64,000 nucleotides of DNA from Selaginella moellendorffii (taxonomy: Eukaryota > Plantae > Lycopodiophyta). The notes below the pieces were generated by a model. That model worked only from the letters and a program-made list of their open reading frames with translations. It was not told the origin of the DNA and made no database searches. Of the stretch, positions 62,936 through 64,000 are shown in pieces; the stretch's first letter is position 1, and each line of letters opens with the position of its first letter. The stretch spans positions 1,506,086-1,570,085 of the forward strand of contig NW_003314284.1 in assembly GCF_000143415.4 (NCBI RefSeq), read 5' to 3'. The position numbers were made by a program, and so were the translations under genes.

Positions 62936-63870
62936 ATGAAGGATATTACTCTGCTTATATTTATGATTTGGTCTTCTTTCATACTATTTCCATCTGCAGC
63001 TGTAGTGTTGTGTAACTACACCATAGATTTTTACGATTTCTCAAGTGGTCCTCATATCAGTTGTAATGAACAGAGTGTTTCAGTCCAGCTCTCAAATCTT
63101 AATAGGGACTTTGCTCAAGTCACTGGCAGAATGGTTCCAGGCTTGGTGGAGGTTTCGGAAAAGCAATACCTTATTAACTATCCAAATGAAGTGTTCACTG
63201 ATTGTCCTGGTTTTGACGTCACCAGTGATTCTGTCATTGGCTTTAGTTGGGAGTTTTTCCTCTTTTCAAAAACATGCTTGTATAATTCAAGATCAAATTC
63301 CCTGGAGTGCCCTGGTTGCTCACCTTCTAGGATGGTAAATAATTTTTAATCATATTATCATTCACAAATCCATACTAACATTTTTTAAACTTTTTTTGTA
63401 CAACTTAGTGCTCAAATTCCATCAAGCTGGATGCTGAAACATTGTTCCTATGTGTCACCAGTCAGCCGATCAAGGTGTCAATCCACAACGATTACGATGA
63501 CAATGTTGGGCGGGGATCTAGGGAATCAGCAGCTTTTGTAGCATCTCACAGTGACTTTCAGCAAGGAATCACCGTCATCGGGCAATGTGTGGATTTTTTT
63601 GCAGTCGGGGTTCAGATATATGATACAAGTTGCGCGTATTGAGTGAATCAGGTGAGTGTCACAGGTTTAAACAGCATCTCTCACACTTTCCAGGTTAATG
63701 AGACCTTAAGACCAAACCAACTCATCTTAATGAGGAACTATGCTTCAGTATACAGAACTCAATGCAATGGGCCTAATCTGTACCCCATCAGAATTGGTGC
63801 AACGACTGTGCTCGTTCCAAGGGCCTATAAAACTAACACTACACCAACTAGAATCACATGTCCATGCTAA
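62936..63870 (+). pseudogene. Secreted Cys-containing protein of unknown family, three exons, premature TGA in exon 2
   Basis: Signal peptide MKDITLLIFMIWSSFILFPSAA; exons about 62936-63333, 63409-63651 and 63694-63870; TGA at 63640-63642 lies just before a GTGAG donor. Confidence 0.5.
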
Positions 63871-64000
63871 GGAAACTCAAGCATGGAAAATAAGGGAATA
63901 ATGGGGGCCAGTTCTACGAACTAATTGTTTCAAGAAAACCCTTTGCATTCAAAGAGATTCAACACTAACACCTGTCTTTGTTTCGGCAAGAACTTTGGTT

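Overview
Eukaryotic, gene-dense plant nuclear DNA with very short (about 45-90 nt) GT-AG introns and tiny intergenic spacers. These traits, plus a MASE1-type histidine kinase and a Bowman-Birk-like peptide, suggest a lycophyte such as Selaginella; this is inference, not confirmed. About 20 apparently intact genes are present: ECA Ca-ATPase (partial), citrate synthase, a putative amidase, HOTHEAD-like GMC oxidoreductase, hybrid His kinase, glyoxalase II, eIF3L, SEN2, O-fucosyltransferase, LpxA, LYRM4/ISD11, U-box E3, MED14, GDSL lipase, inositol transporter, plastid RPL17, NFXL1, ClpR2, a Cys-rich peptide and a UGT. Decayed regions at about 16-26.4 kb, 44.7-45.6 kb, 54-56.4 kb and 60.9-62.7 kb hold gene fragments and transposon remnants. 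Top finding: manual splicing of the unannotated multi-exon gene at 5168-7251 rebuilds a C-terminal domain with the full His/Glu/His/Glu Zn-site pattern of N-acetylmuramoyl-L-alanine amidases (Amidase_3), behind a beta-strand-rich N-terminal region. It is a candidate plastid peptidoglycan hydrolase. Other highlights are two convergent genes whose stop codons touch (TGA|TCA), a duplicated Pol III-like structured element, and a Bowman-Birk-like peptide lacking the canonical reactive loop. All exon models were made by eye.
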